From positions 1 to 64,000 of the forward strand of contig JAXGNR010000008.1 of the NCBI GenBank assembly GCA_040767965.1: 64,000 nt of DNA. Direction: 5' to 3'. The notes below the pieces were generated by a model. That model saw only the letters and a list, made by a program, of their open reading frames with translations. It ran no database searches and had not been told where the DNA came from. This document shows positions 17,977 through 26,982 of the stretch, in pieces. Source of the stretch: Atribacterota bacterium. Its GTDB lineage: Bacteria > Atribacterota > Phoenicimicrobiia > Phoenicimicrobiales > Stramentimicrobiaceae. Both the position numbers and the translations under genes were made by a program. Within the stretch, counting starts at the first letter, position 1. Each line of letters opens with the position of its first letter.

Positions 17977-17983
17977 TTTATAA

Positions 17984-19417
17984 TTATTTCCCAATACAAA
18001 ATCTTGAAAAAATATTATTTATAATTTCTTCATCACAAGAATCACCTGTAATTCTTCCTAATTGACCAATGATGTATTGTAGATCCATTGCAATAAAATC
18101 TTCTTGCAATCCACTATCCATTTTTGAAATAATGTCGGCAATTCTATCTCTGGCTTGAATTAAATAATACTGGTGTCTTTCATTATTAATAATAACATCA
18201 CCACCAGGGATATTAATATTTTCCAAAACAGAATCAGTCATTTGTCTTAACAATTCCTTTACACCTCTTTTATCTTTAAGAGATATTTTCACTGATGTGT
18301 CTAATTCTACTTTTTCATATATTTCAGACGATAGCATCTTTCTAGGTAAATCAATTTTATTTTCAACAATAATTACCTTTGTATTACGATTAATGTATTT
18401 TTTCAATTTATCAATTAATAAATAATCTTGCATATCCATCGGTCTGCTTATATCAAACATTAAAATAAATAACTGGCTGTATTCCATATACTTATTGGCT
18501 TTATCTAAACTAATTTTTTCAACAATGTTTTCCGGATTTTTCATTCCCGCAGTGTCGATCAAATTAAAGACCATTCCATCTATTGTGATATTCTCTTCAA
18601 TAACATCTCGGGTAGTACCAGGCATAGAAGTAACAATAGCTCTATTTTTTTTTAGAAGTGTATTGAAGAGGCTTGATTTTCCAACATTTGCTTTGCCTAA
18701 TATCAGGCAATTAATTCCTTCTTTTATGATTTGACCATATTTCACTGTATCCAGGAGTTCATTTATTTTAGTTAATATTTTTTGTAAAGATATTTTGATT
18801 TGTTTTTTTTCAATTATTTCAATTCCTTGATCTGGAAAATCCATTGGTGCTTCAATTTTTATATTTAATTCAATAGTGTTTTCAATCAATTTCCTGATTT
18901 TTGTTTTTAATCCGCCTGAAAGCTGATAAAGGGAAGATTTTAAATTTTGTTCACAGTTAGCATTGATTATATCAATAACTGCTTCAGCCTGACTTAAATC
19001 TACTCTTCCATTCAAAAAAGCATTTTTCGTAAATTCTCCTGGTTCTGCAAGCCTAGCCCCTAAGCCAATAATAAGCTCTAGAACTTTTTTCAAAACAAAC
19101 AGTCCACCATGACAATTAATTTCTACCATATCTTCTCTAGTATAGGTTTTTGGTGCCCTCATAACCACCATCATCACCTCATCTAAAACAATTTCTTTTT
19201 CAGGAACAACAATAATTCCATAGTAAAATTTATGTGAAATATATTTTTCTGGCTCAATTACATTTTTTCTTTTATATCGAAATATTTTACTTGCAATAGA
19301 AATTGACAAAGGACCGCTAATTCTTACTATTCCGATACCTCCTAACCCTAAAGGTGTTGAAATAGCAGCAATTGTATCCTCTTCACTTGTTTGATTGTTC
19401 GAAAAAACGTCAGTCAT
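17984..19417 (-). CDS. mnmE: tRNA modification GTPase MnmE
   Basis: DTIAAISTP, GIVRISG, GKANVGKSSL, PGTTRD, DTAG, NKID, FSRFCIGK. Confidence 0.96.
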   Translation of the reverse strand: MTDVFSNNQTSEEDTIAAISTPLGLGGIGIVRISGPLSISIASKIFRYKRKNVIEPEKYISHKFYYGIIVVPEKEIVLDEVMMVVMRAPKTYTREDMVEINCHGGLFVLKKVLELIIGLGARLAEPGEFTKNAFLNGRVDLSQAEAVIDIINANCEQNLKSSLYQLSGGLKTKIRKLIENTIELNIKIEAPMDFPDQGIEIIEKKQIKISLQKILTKINELLDTVKYGQIIKEGINCLILGKANVGKSSLFNTLLKKNRAIVTSMPGTTRDVIEENITIDGMVFNLIDTAGMKNPENIVEKISLDKANKYMEYSQLFILMFDISRPMDMQDYLLIDKLKKYINRNTKVIIVENKIDLPRKMLSSEIYEKVELDTSVKISLKDKRGVKELLRQMTDSVLENINIPGGDVIINNERHQYYLIQARDRIADIISKMDSGLQEDFIAMDLQYIIGQLGRITGDSCDEEIINNIFSRFCIGK

Positions 19418-19619
19418 TTCAATACTCTCCGTTTGGTATTCTTAAAAATATAGACATAACAAGATTAGATATTAATTTATTTATAAATCTAATAATGCCA
19501 TGTCTATTTAATAGTGATAATTCTATTAGTTTTAACTTAATTTAAAATACTTTTTTATTAAAATAATTTTGATTATACTCTTCTAAATTGCAATACATCT
19601 ATCTATTAAGAGTTAATAA

Positions 19620-20159
19620 TTAAACATCAACTAATCCGTTATTGTTTCTTTTAACCGGGGAAATAATTACCCTTCTAAAAGGCTCTTTCCCTTCACTGGA
19701 AGTAATAACATCAGAGTCCTCTTTTAAGGCTAAATGAATAATTCTTCTTTCCACGCTATTCATAAAATATAAAGAAATCGGGTTATTGTTTCTTTTAACA
19801 ATATTTGCTTTTTCATGGGCATATCTTTGTAGAGAGTCAACTCTTCTTTTTCTATATCCGTCAATATCAATAATGTACAATTTATTTTCTGCTGATTGTT
19901 TTTTTTCTCTGCTTGCAACCATATTAACCAGGTATTGAATAGCATCCAGCGTATGTCCGTGCTTTCCTATAATTATCCCTGGATCTGCCTTTTTAATTTC
20001 AAGAATAACATTGTCTTCATCAGAATATTTTTTTTCGATTTCTACCTCATCAACAATGTTATATAATATTTTTGATAAAACTTTTATTGCCAATTTGTCT
20101 ATGCTATTAATTTCGGCTGTAAATTCATTTTTAAAATCTTCTGGGTTCAATAAAAACAA
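19620..20159 (-). CDS. jag: Jag/EloR/KhpB RNA-binding protein (KH + R3H only)
   Basis: IIGKHGHTLDAIQYL (KH), MNSVERRIIHLAL (R3H), SEGKEPFRRV; conserved position. Confidence 0.88.
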   Translation of the reverse strand: MFLLNPEDFKNEFTAEINSIDKLAIKVLSKILYNIVDEVEIEKKYSDEDNVILEIKKADPGIIIGKHGHTLDAIQYLVNMVASREKKQSAENKLYIIDIDGYRKRRVDSLQRYAHEKANIVKRNNNPISLYFMNSVERRIIHLALKEDSDVITSSEGKEPFRRVIISPVKRNNNGLVDV

Positions 20160-20209
20160 ACCTGTTCTTTCTATATAAATATCTTTTTAATTACTTTAAT
20201 ATTAATATT

Positions 20210-21175
20210 TTATTTTTTATTATCTTCATTTTTTTTTACTTTTGATGGTGCTGATGAAGTATTTTCATATCCCGGGATCCAAGAAACATCTTTTTCCTGT
20301 TTAACAGTATTTTTTTCAATATTATTAGTTTTATTAGGTGTTTGTTTTTCTTTCTTATTGTTTTCCTGTTTTTCTTTTGTTTTTTCTTGTACCAATATCA
20401 AAGAATCCTGATTTTTTGCCTGACCATCTTTTTTATTTATAAGCAATTGTTGTCCAATACCGAAAACAGTTGATATCACCCAATACAGGCTCAACCCGGA
20501 AGGAAGACTAAAACTAATAAAGGTAATCATTAAAGGCATAACTGTGGTCATTATTTTTTGAGTATTGGCTGCAGGATTAGATGCATTGCCGCCTTGGCTG
20601 GCAACTGGCATTGAAGGAGTGGTTAGTTTTTGCTGGATATACATGGTCACTCCAACCAAAATGGGTAAAATTCCTATGCTGTGTCCGGCAATTTCAAACA
20701 ACTTTTCTGGAGCAGCTAAACCTGCAATAATTCTGGTAATCTCTGCGCCATTTTCAACTATCGTATGGGTCACCGTATTTGGTATCCACAAAAATCCGCC
20801 ATCAATAATATCTGTATTAGGAATATAATATTTAAATTCCCTTAATACCTGAAAAAACAAAATTAAGATAGGCATTTGAATAATAAGAGGCAAACAACCT
20901 CCCATTGGATTTACATTATGTTCTCGATACAATCTCATTAATTCCTTATTCAGCATTTCTTTATCGTTTTTATACTTTTTTTGAATCTCTTGCATTAATG
21001 GCTGAATTTTTTGCGTTTCCTTCATAGAAGTCATTTGTTTTTGCATAAGAGGATACATAACAATTCTTATGATAATAGTAAGCAAAATAATTGCTAGTCC
21101 ATAATTATGTGTAAAACCATATAAAAAACGAAGTATTTCTTCGACAAAACCAATCAATGAACTCCAAATTCCCAA
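20210..21175 (-). CDS. yidC: Membrane protein insertase YidC (short type)
   Basis: YGLAIILLTIIIR, NPMGGCLPLIIQMPI, GFLWI, LPSGLSLYW. Confidence 0.95.
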   Translation of the reverse strand: MGIWSSLIGFVEEILRFLYGFTHNYGLAIILLTIIIRIVMYPLMQKQMTSMKETQKIQPLMQEIQKKYKNDKEMLNKELMRLYREHNVNPMGGCLPLIIQMPILILFFQVLREFKYYIPNTDIIDGGFLWIPNTVTHTIVENGAEITRIIAGLAAPEKLFEIAGHSIGILPILVGVTMYIQQKLTTPSMPVASQGGNASNPAANTQKIMTTVMPLMITFISFSLPSGLSLYWVISTVFGIGQQLLINKKDGQAKNQDSLILVQEKTKEKQENNKKEKQTPNKTNNIEKNTVKQEKDVSWIPGYENTSSAPSKVKKNEDNKK

Positions 21176-21290
21176 AATATTTATCTCCTTTTTTGCTTTT
21201 ACTAATCATACAGGTAAAATTTTCAAAATAAAAGCACTGCGTTATATTTTTTATTATTTTATGTTATGAGTTTATGGGTTTTAACTTTTT

Positions 21291-21500
21291 CTAAGGAACA
21301 GGATCAAACCCTCCTTTATGAAAAGGGTGACATTTTAAAATTCTTTTAATTGAAAAAAATAATCCCTTTAAAAATCCATATTTTTGGAAAGCCTGAATAG
21401 AATAGTCTGAACAGGTAGGATAAAATCGACAACTTGCTATTTTTAAAGGTGAAACATATTTTTGATATAACCGAATAAAAAAAATTAATACTTTACTCAT
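21291..21500 (-). CDS. yidD: Membrane protein insertion efficiency factor YidD
   Basis: [27 protein letters not shown]. Confidence 0.95.
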   Translation of the reverse strand: MSKVLIFFIRLYQKYVSPLKIASCRFYPTCSDYSIQAFQKYGFLKGLFFSIKRILKCHPFHKGGFDPVP

Positions 21501-21536
21501 CTTATTTTTTAAATATCTTTATTTTTATTTGTCTCA

Positions 21537-21872
21537 TTATTTTTTTTCTGTGTAATATAAAAATATTTTTCTTAATTCATTAAATATTTCTTGAAAAGTA
21601 ACTTTTAAAATATCACTTCTAGCTATAATAATAAAATCATATTTTTTTTCTTGTGAATATTTGTCACATTTATAAAATATTTCTCTTAAAATCCTTTTAA
21701 TCCTGTTTCTCTGAACGGCATTGCCTATTCTTTTTCTAACTATAATCCCGAATCTGTTACATTCTTGTTCTTTAGGCATAATATAAAGTATTGCATATTT
21801 ACTTATTATTTTTTTGCCACGTAGAAAAACTTTTTTAAATTCATTACTTTTCTTTAATGTGTGATTAGTCAA
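21537..21872 (-). CDS. rnpA: Ribonuclease P protein component
   Basis: LKKSNEFKKVF, KRIGNAVQRNRIKRILRE (RNR motif). Confidence 0.95.
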   Translation of the reverse strand: MTNHTLKKSNEFKKVFLRGKKIISKYAILYIMPKEQECNRFGIIVRKRIGNAVQRNRIKRILREIFYKCDKYSQEKKYDFIIIARSDILKVTFQEIFNELRKIFLYYTEKK

Positions 21873-21878
21873 AATATT

Positions 21879-22019
21879 TTAACCAGAAACAGTTAATTTT
21901 TTTCTACCCTTTTTTCTTCTCCTTTTTAAGATAAGTCTACCGCTACGAGTACTCATACGGCTACGAAAGCCATGTACTTTTAATTTTTTACGAGTATTTG
22001 GTTGATAAGTACGTTTCAT
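21879..22019 (-). CDS. rpmH: 50S ribosomal protein L34 (46 aa, not in ORF track)
   Basis: Manual translation [46 protein letters not shown]; AAGGAG RBS. Confidence 0.97.
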   Translation of the reverse strand: MKRTYQPNTRKKLKVHGFRSRMSTRSGRLILKRRRKKGRKKLTVSG

Positions 22020-22281
22020 TAGAAACTGTTCTCCTTTTGCAAAATTCTTGTTATCAAGTTTTTATAAAAATTATATAATTTATAAAATAAATTATATCTT
22101 TGCTAATATTAATAAAATATATTAAACAAATCAATAGTTTATACTATTTTTATTTCTATTGCAAGTTATCTTCTGACATGAACAAAAAGTTCACAAGAAA
22201 CGGCATTTTAAATATTCTTTATTTTTATATTTATATTTGTTATTATTAGTATTAGTAAAAATTGAAAATTTTTCATTATAG

Positions 22282-22452
22282 TTTTCCACAATTGTTAATA
22301 AATTGTGAATAAATAAAAATCCCCTTGTTTTAAAAGGCTTTTATTAAAAATATATCACAATAATAAAAAAATCAATCTTGGGAAACGATATATTTTACTA
22401 GAAAACTGCAAAGAGCATGTTTTCCACAACAAATTGTGAACAATGTGGATAT
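22282..22452. promoter_or_regulatory. oriC: oriC part 1 (rpmH-dnaA DnaA-box cluster)
   Basis: TTTTCCACA 22282 and 22420; reverse boxes TGTTAATAA 22293, TGTGAATAA 22304, TGTGAACAA 22435, TGTGGATAT 22444; gene orientation flips here. Confidence 0.8.
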
Positions 22453-22560
22453 TTATATTTCCTTTTTCGATATTTTACTGAATTAGTTTTCTTATAAAAC
22501 ATAAAGCATGTTAAAATTAAAAAATAAATTTAATATATTGAAAATTAAAAAAAGGGAAAA

Positions 22561-23880
22561 ATGAGTTACTCAAAATTAAACAATAAATGGGATGAAATTT
22601 TAAAAATAATGCAGGAAAACCTGACCCCACAAATTTATAACACATGGTTTTCCGGATTAAAATTTGTTGAATTTAAAAATAACGAGCTTATTCTGACGGT
22701 TCCTCATTTGTTTTGTAAAAACTGGCTGGAAAAAAATTATTATCAGTTTTTGAAAGAAATTATAACTGAACAGGCTGAATTTAATGATGACATATTAATA
22801 AAATTCCAGGTAGATATAAATAATACTCAGATTAAGGGTAAAAACAGCAAAGAAAATAATAAACAGGAAGATTTACAGAAAAAATACAATAAAACAGGTC
22901 TGAATACAGCATATACTTTTAAAAATTTTGTAATTGGAGACAGCAACAGATTTGCTCATGCTGCTTGTATGGCAGTAGCTCAGGCACCTGCAAAATCATA
23001 CAATCCTTTGTTTGTATATGGAGGAGTAGGGCTGGGAAAAACTCATTTAATGAATGCTATTGGCAATGAAATAATCGATAAAAATTCACTGTCTTCAGTA
23101 AATATTGCCTACATATCCTCAGAGAAGTTTACCAATGAACTTATCAATGCCATAAGAGAAGATGCAACAGAATCATTCCGGGACAAATACCGTAATTTTG
23201 ATATTTTATTAATTGACGATATCCAGTTTTTAGCAGGAAAAGAAAAAACCCAGGAGGAATTCTTTCATACCTTTAATGCCCTTTACAATGCAGGTAAACA
23301 GATTGTAATTACCTCAGACAGACCACCGAAAGAAATCACCAATTTAGAAAACAGACTAATCTCCCGTTTTGAATGGGGTTTAATAACAGATATCTCTGCA
23401 CCTGATCTGGAGACCAGAATAGCAATTCTGCAGAAAAAGGCACAAACCTGCAAGCTGGAGATTTCAGATGAGATAATCCAGTACATTGCCCAAAAAATAC
23501 CTTCCAATATTCGTCAATTAGAAGGAGCTTTAAATAAACTAGAGGCTTATTCTACCTTAACCCAGACAGAAATTGACTTTCCATTAGCCAAACAGATCTT
23601 AAGAGATTTTATCACCATTGAAGAAAAAGAAATATCAGTTCAGTTAATTCAAAAGGTAACAGCAGAATACTTTAGTATAAAAACATCTGTTTTATTATCT
23701 AAAAAAAGAAACAGAAACATTGTTACAGCAAGGCATATTGCCATGTATCTGGCCAAAGAATTAACAGATTTGCCTTTAATGTCTATCGGCGATTCTTTTG
23801 GCGGGAAGGATCATACAACAGTAATCCATTCCTGTAATAAGATAAAAGAATTAATAAAAAGCGATAAAAAATTAAAATAA
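22561..23880 (+). CDS. dnaA: Chromosomal replication initiator DnaA (TAA at 23878-23880 may be premature; frame continues to 23919)
   Basis: YNPLFVYGGVGLGKTHL, LLIDDIQF, RLISRFEWG, NIRQLEG, GGKDHTTVIH. Confidence 0.97.
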   Translation: MSYSKLNNKWDEILKIMQENLTPQIYNTWFSGLKFVEFKNNELILTVPHLFCKNWLEKNYYQFLKEIITEQAEFNDDILIKFQVDINNTQIKGKNSKENNKQEDLQKKYNKTGLNTAYTFKNFVIGDSNRFAHAACMAVAQAPAKSYNPLFVYGGVGLGKTHLMNAIGNEIIDKNSLSSVNIAYISSEKFTNELINAIREDATESFRDKYRNFDILLIDDIQFLAGKEKTQEEFFHTFNALYNAGKQIVITSDRPPKEITNLENRLISRFEWGLITDISAPDLETRIAILQKKAQTCKLEISDEIIQYIAQKIPSNIRQLEGALNKLEAYSTLTQTEIDFPLAKQILRDFITIEEKEISVQLIQKVTAEYFSIKTSVLLSKKRNRNIVTARHIAMYLAKELTDLPLMSIGDSFGGKDHTTVIHSCNKIKELIKSDKKLK

Positions 23881-23976
23881 AATATAGATAGAATAACAAA
23901 CCAAATACAGAATAGTTAACCATTGCTAATGATTACAAAGCAACTAAAAAATAGCTTTTCTAAACATTGTTAACTT

Positions 23977-24090
23977 TGTTAATAATGACATTTTTTATTA
24001 ACAAAGTTTTTCACACTATTAGTTCTTATAAAATAAGAGAAAAATCTAATAATTGACAATATTAACAATACTATTACTACTAGGACTATA
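23977..24090 (+). promoter_or_regulatory. oriC: oriC part 2: DnaA boxes plus DnaA-trios (unwinding site)
   Basis: TGTTAATAA 23977, TTATTAACA 23995, TTTTTCACA 24007, ATATTAACA 24059, followed by trio-like TACTATTACTACTA 24069-24082 and an AT-rich tract. Confidence 0.75.
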
Positions 24091-24134
24091 TTTTTACTTT
24101 AAATATAAAATAGTGGTTTTGAAGGAGAAAAAGA

Positions 24135-25307
24135 ATGAAAATAATCTGTTCACAGACAAGTCTTTTTAACGGAATTCAAAAAGTTCAAAAAGCTATTTCC
24201 AGTAAAATCAGCTTACCTATTTATAACGGTATATTATTTGAAATTATTGGAAATAATAAGATACATCTTTTTTCTACAGATTTAGAAATCGGTATTGATT
24301 GTTATATTCCTGCGCAAATAATTGAAAGTGGATCTGTAGTAATACCAAACAAAATATTCAGTGATTTGATAAGAAAATTCCCGGAAGGCAATATAGAAAT
24401 AGAAGCAGGGGATGATAATATAATATACCTTAAAGAAGAAGATTCTTCTAACTATAAAATATTTGGATTTTCAGCTGAGGATTTTTCTCCATTTCCAGAA
24501 ATAAAAAGCGAAACAAAAATCAAATTATCCAAATCAATTTTAAAAGACGCTATTCAAGAGGTTATTTTAGCTTCTTCAAAAGATGAAAATCGTTCTTTTT
24601 TGAATGGAATTTTATTTAAAAGAATAAATAAAAAAGAATTAGAAATCGCTGCTACTGATAGTCATAGATTAGCGGTAAAAAGGATAAAAATTTCTAATGA
24701 CCAGGAAACAAATGAGGAGAAATTTGAAGTAATCATACCCCAAAGGGCATTATCAGAGTTATCGAAATTATTATCGTTTGGAGAAGAAGGTATAGTAGAA
24801 TTAATAGTAGGAGAAAAACAGGTTATTTTTATTTTAGATCCCGAAAATGAAAAAAATGAAATTAGATTATTTTCCAGAATAATTGACGGTCAATTCCCGG
24901 ACTATAATCAAATAATTCCTAAAAGTTTCAAAACTACTATTAAAATAGACACCGAAGAACTTAAACAAAGAATGGAACGTATTATTTTGTTTGTAAAAGA
25001 AGATTTTAATACTGTAAAAATGGAAGTTCATAGTATTCAACAAAACAAAAAAGAAAACAGAGGAGAAATAATAATCAAAGCAAATACTCCTGATTTAGGA
25101 GATGCTTTTGAACAAATTCCTTGTCTGGTAGAAGGAGAATATGTTGAGATAGCTTTTAATTCCCGTTATATTATAGACGTATTAAGAGTTATCAAAGAAG
25201 AAAATACTGAAATAAAGCTAAACGAAAATTTAAACCCTGCCATGATTAGACCAGTTAATAAAGAAGAAAACTATGATTACATATTAATGCCGGTAAGAAT
25301 GGATTAA
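24135..25307 (+). CDS. dnaN: DNA polymerase III beta clamp
   Basis: STDLEIGI, AATDSHRLA, SRIIDGQFPDY, IAFNSRY, ILMPVR. Confidence 0.96.
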   Translation: MKIICSQTSLFNGIQKVQKAISSKISLPIYNGILFEIIGNNKIHLFSTDLEIGIDCYIPAQIIESGSVVIPNKIFSDLIRKFPEGNIEIEAGDDNIIYLKEEDSSNYKIFGFSAEDFSPFPEIKSETKIKLSKSILKDAIQEVILASSKDENRSFLNGILFKRINKKELEIAATDSHRLAVKRIKISNDQETNEEKFEVIIPQRALSELSKLLSFGEEGIVELIVGEKQVIFILDPENEKNEIRLFSRIIDGQFPDYNQIIPKSFKTTIKIDTEELKQRMERIILFVKEDFNTVKMEVHSIQQNKKENRGEIIIKANTPDLGDAFEQIPCLVEGEYVEIAFNSRYIIDVLRVIKEENTEIKLNENLNPAMIRPVNKEENYDYILMPVRMD

Positions 25308-25324
25308 ACAGGAAGGAATACTTT

Positions 25325-26470
25325 TTGAATGTAACTAAAATTAACCTAATCTATTTTAGAAATTTAACTAAAATTAATATTGACTTTAATTCTTCTTTAA
25401 ATATTTTTTTAGGAAATAATGCTCAAGGAAAATCAAACATTATCGAAGCAATTTATTTTTTATTGAAAGGAAGTTCATACAGAACCAACGAAGATAAAAA
25501 TTTAATTAATTGGAACAAAAAAAGAAGCTTTATTTTAGGTGAAGTTAATACTAAAAGAGATGAAATCTATAATATTAATATTTTATTAGAAGAAAATATT
25601 GAAAATAATCAACTTAAGAAAAGTATTAAAATAAATAAAAAAAACAAAAATAAGAAATGGTTAAATAAGAAATTTAAACCGGTTATTTTTATGCCTGAAG
25701 ATTTACAGATTATAAAAAATTCACCTGTTTTTCGTAGAAGATTTCTAGATGAGGTAATTATAAGTATTAAACCAATTTATTATAAATATTTAAAAGATTA
25801 TAATCATATTTTATTTCAAAGAAATACCTTATTGAAAACTGAAAAAAATAAAGAAAAAATTGACAGGATGTTAGTTGTATGGGATCAAAAATTAGTAGAA
25901 GCAGGAACTTTAATTATTTTAAATAGAATTATGTTTTTGAAAAAAATAAACCAAAAGGCAAAACTATTTCATCAGACAATGACTAAAAACAAAGAGACAA
26001 TAAAATTAATATATAACAGTAATGTTTTAGATAATTATACTGAAGACAAAAATGAAATAATCCAAATTTTAATAAATAAAATAGAAAAAAATAGACAAAA
26101 AGACATTCAACTTAAAATGTCTTCCATTGGACCCCACAGAGATGATTTTTTTGTAATGAATGAAAATATAGATTTAGGTATTTTTGGTTCTCAAGGGCAA
26201 CAAAGAACAGCAGTTTTATCACTTAAACTTGCTGAGCTAGAGCTTTTTAAAGAAGAAGATGATGACTATCCCCCTTTGTTGCTGGATGACGTTATGTCTG
26301 AACTAGACACAGACAGAAGAATATATTTAATTAAATTAATACAAGATAGAAAGATACAAACATTTATTACAAGCATAAATATAAATAGCCTTACAAAAAT
26401 GAACATCGAAAATGAAAAGATTTTTTCTGTATCCCAGGGAGCCGTAACGGTTGGTTATAATGAAAAATAA
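25325..26470 (+). CDS. recF: DNA replication/repair protein RecF
   Basis: GNNAQGKSN, GPHRDD, GSQGQQR, LLLDDVMSELD. Confidence 0.96.
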   Translation: MNVTKINLIYFRNLTKINIDFNSSLNIFLGNNAQGKSNIIEAIYFLLKGSSYRTNEDKNLINWNKKRSFILGEVNTKRDEIYNINILLEENIENNQLKKSIKINKKNKNKKWLNKKFKPVIFMPEDLQIIKNSPVFRRRFLDEVIISIKPIYYKYLKDYNHILFQRNTLLKTEKNKEKIDRMLVVWDQKLVEAGTLIILNRIMFLKKINQKAKLFHQTMTKNKETIKLIYNSNVLDNYTEDKNEIIQILINKIEKNRQKDIQLKMSSIGPHRDDFFVMNENIDLGIFGSQGQQRTAVLSLKLAELELFKEEDDDYPPLLLDDVMSELDTDRRIYLIKLIQDRKIQTFITSININSLTKMNIENEKIFSVSQGAVTVGYNEK

Positions 26471-26780
26471 AATTCCCAAACATATAAGCGAAATAATTAA
26501 AAATTATTTTGAAGATCGTAACTGGGAGCAGAGAATAGATGGATCTAGTATTTTTGATTCCTGGGAGGAAATAATACCAGTTAAAATTTCTTTAAATACC
26601 AAGCCTGAGAAAATTCAAAACAACAAACTTTTTATCAAAGTGAAAAATCACGTTTGGGCAAACGAGTTAAAAATTAAAAAAGGCGAAATTATAAATTTAG
26701 TTAATAAAAATATGGGATATAATTTAATAAATGATTTAATAATCAAGATAGATAGTAAATATTTTAAAAATAATCAATAA
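26460..26780 (+). CDS. dciA: DUF721/DciA-family helicase loader-associated protein
   Basis: WEEII..NTKPEKIQNNKLFIKVKNHVWANEL; typical recF-gyrB position. Confidence 0.75.
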   Translation: MKNKIPKHISEIIKNYFEDRNWEQRIDGSSIFDSWEEIIPVKISLNTKPEKIQNNKLFIKVKNHVWANELKIKKGEIINLVNKNMGYNLINDLIIKIDSKYFKNNQ

Positions 26781-26865
26781 ACAAATATTTATGATATATA
26801 AATATATTAAATAATATTAAAACAAATATAAGCATATAATATGATTATTGGAAAGATAGTATTTA

Positions 26866-26894
26866 TTGACAATAATACTAATATCTAGTATTAT
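26866..26894 (+). promoter_or_regulatory. gyrB promoter overlapped by a palindrome
   Basis: TTGACA-17-TATTAT; inverted repeat AATAATACTA-ATATC-TAGTATTATT (26871-26895). Confidence 0.6.
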
Positions 26895-26982
26895 TAATAT
26901 AAATAAACTACTAAATATATTGATTGTTAATAAGCCGTGACGGCCAGTCACGGTTTAATTTTGTCTATGGAGTACAATCGAA

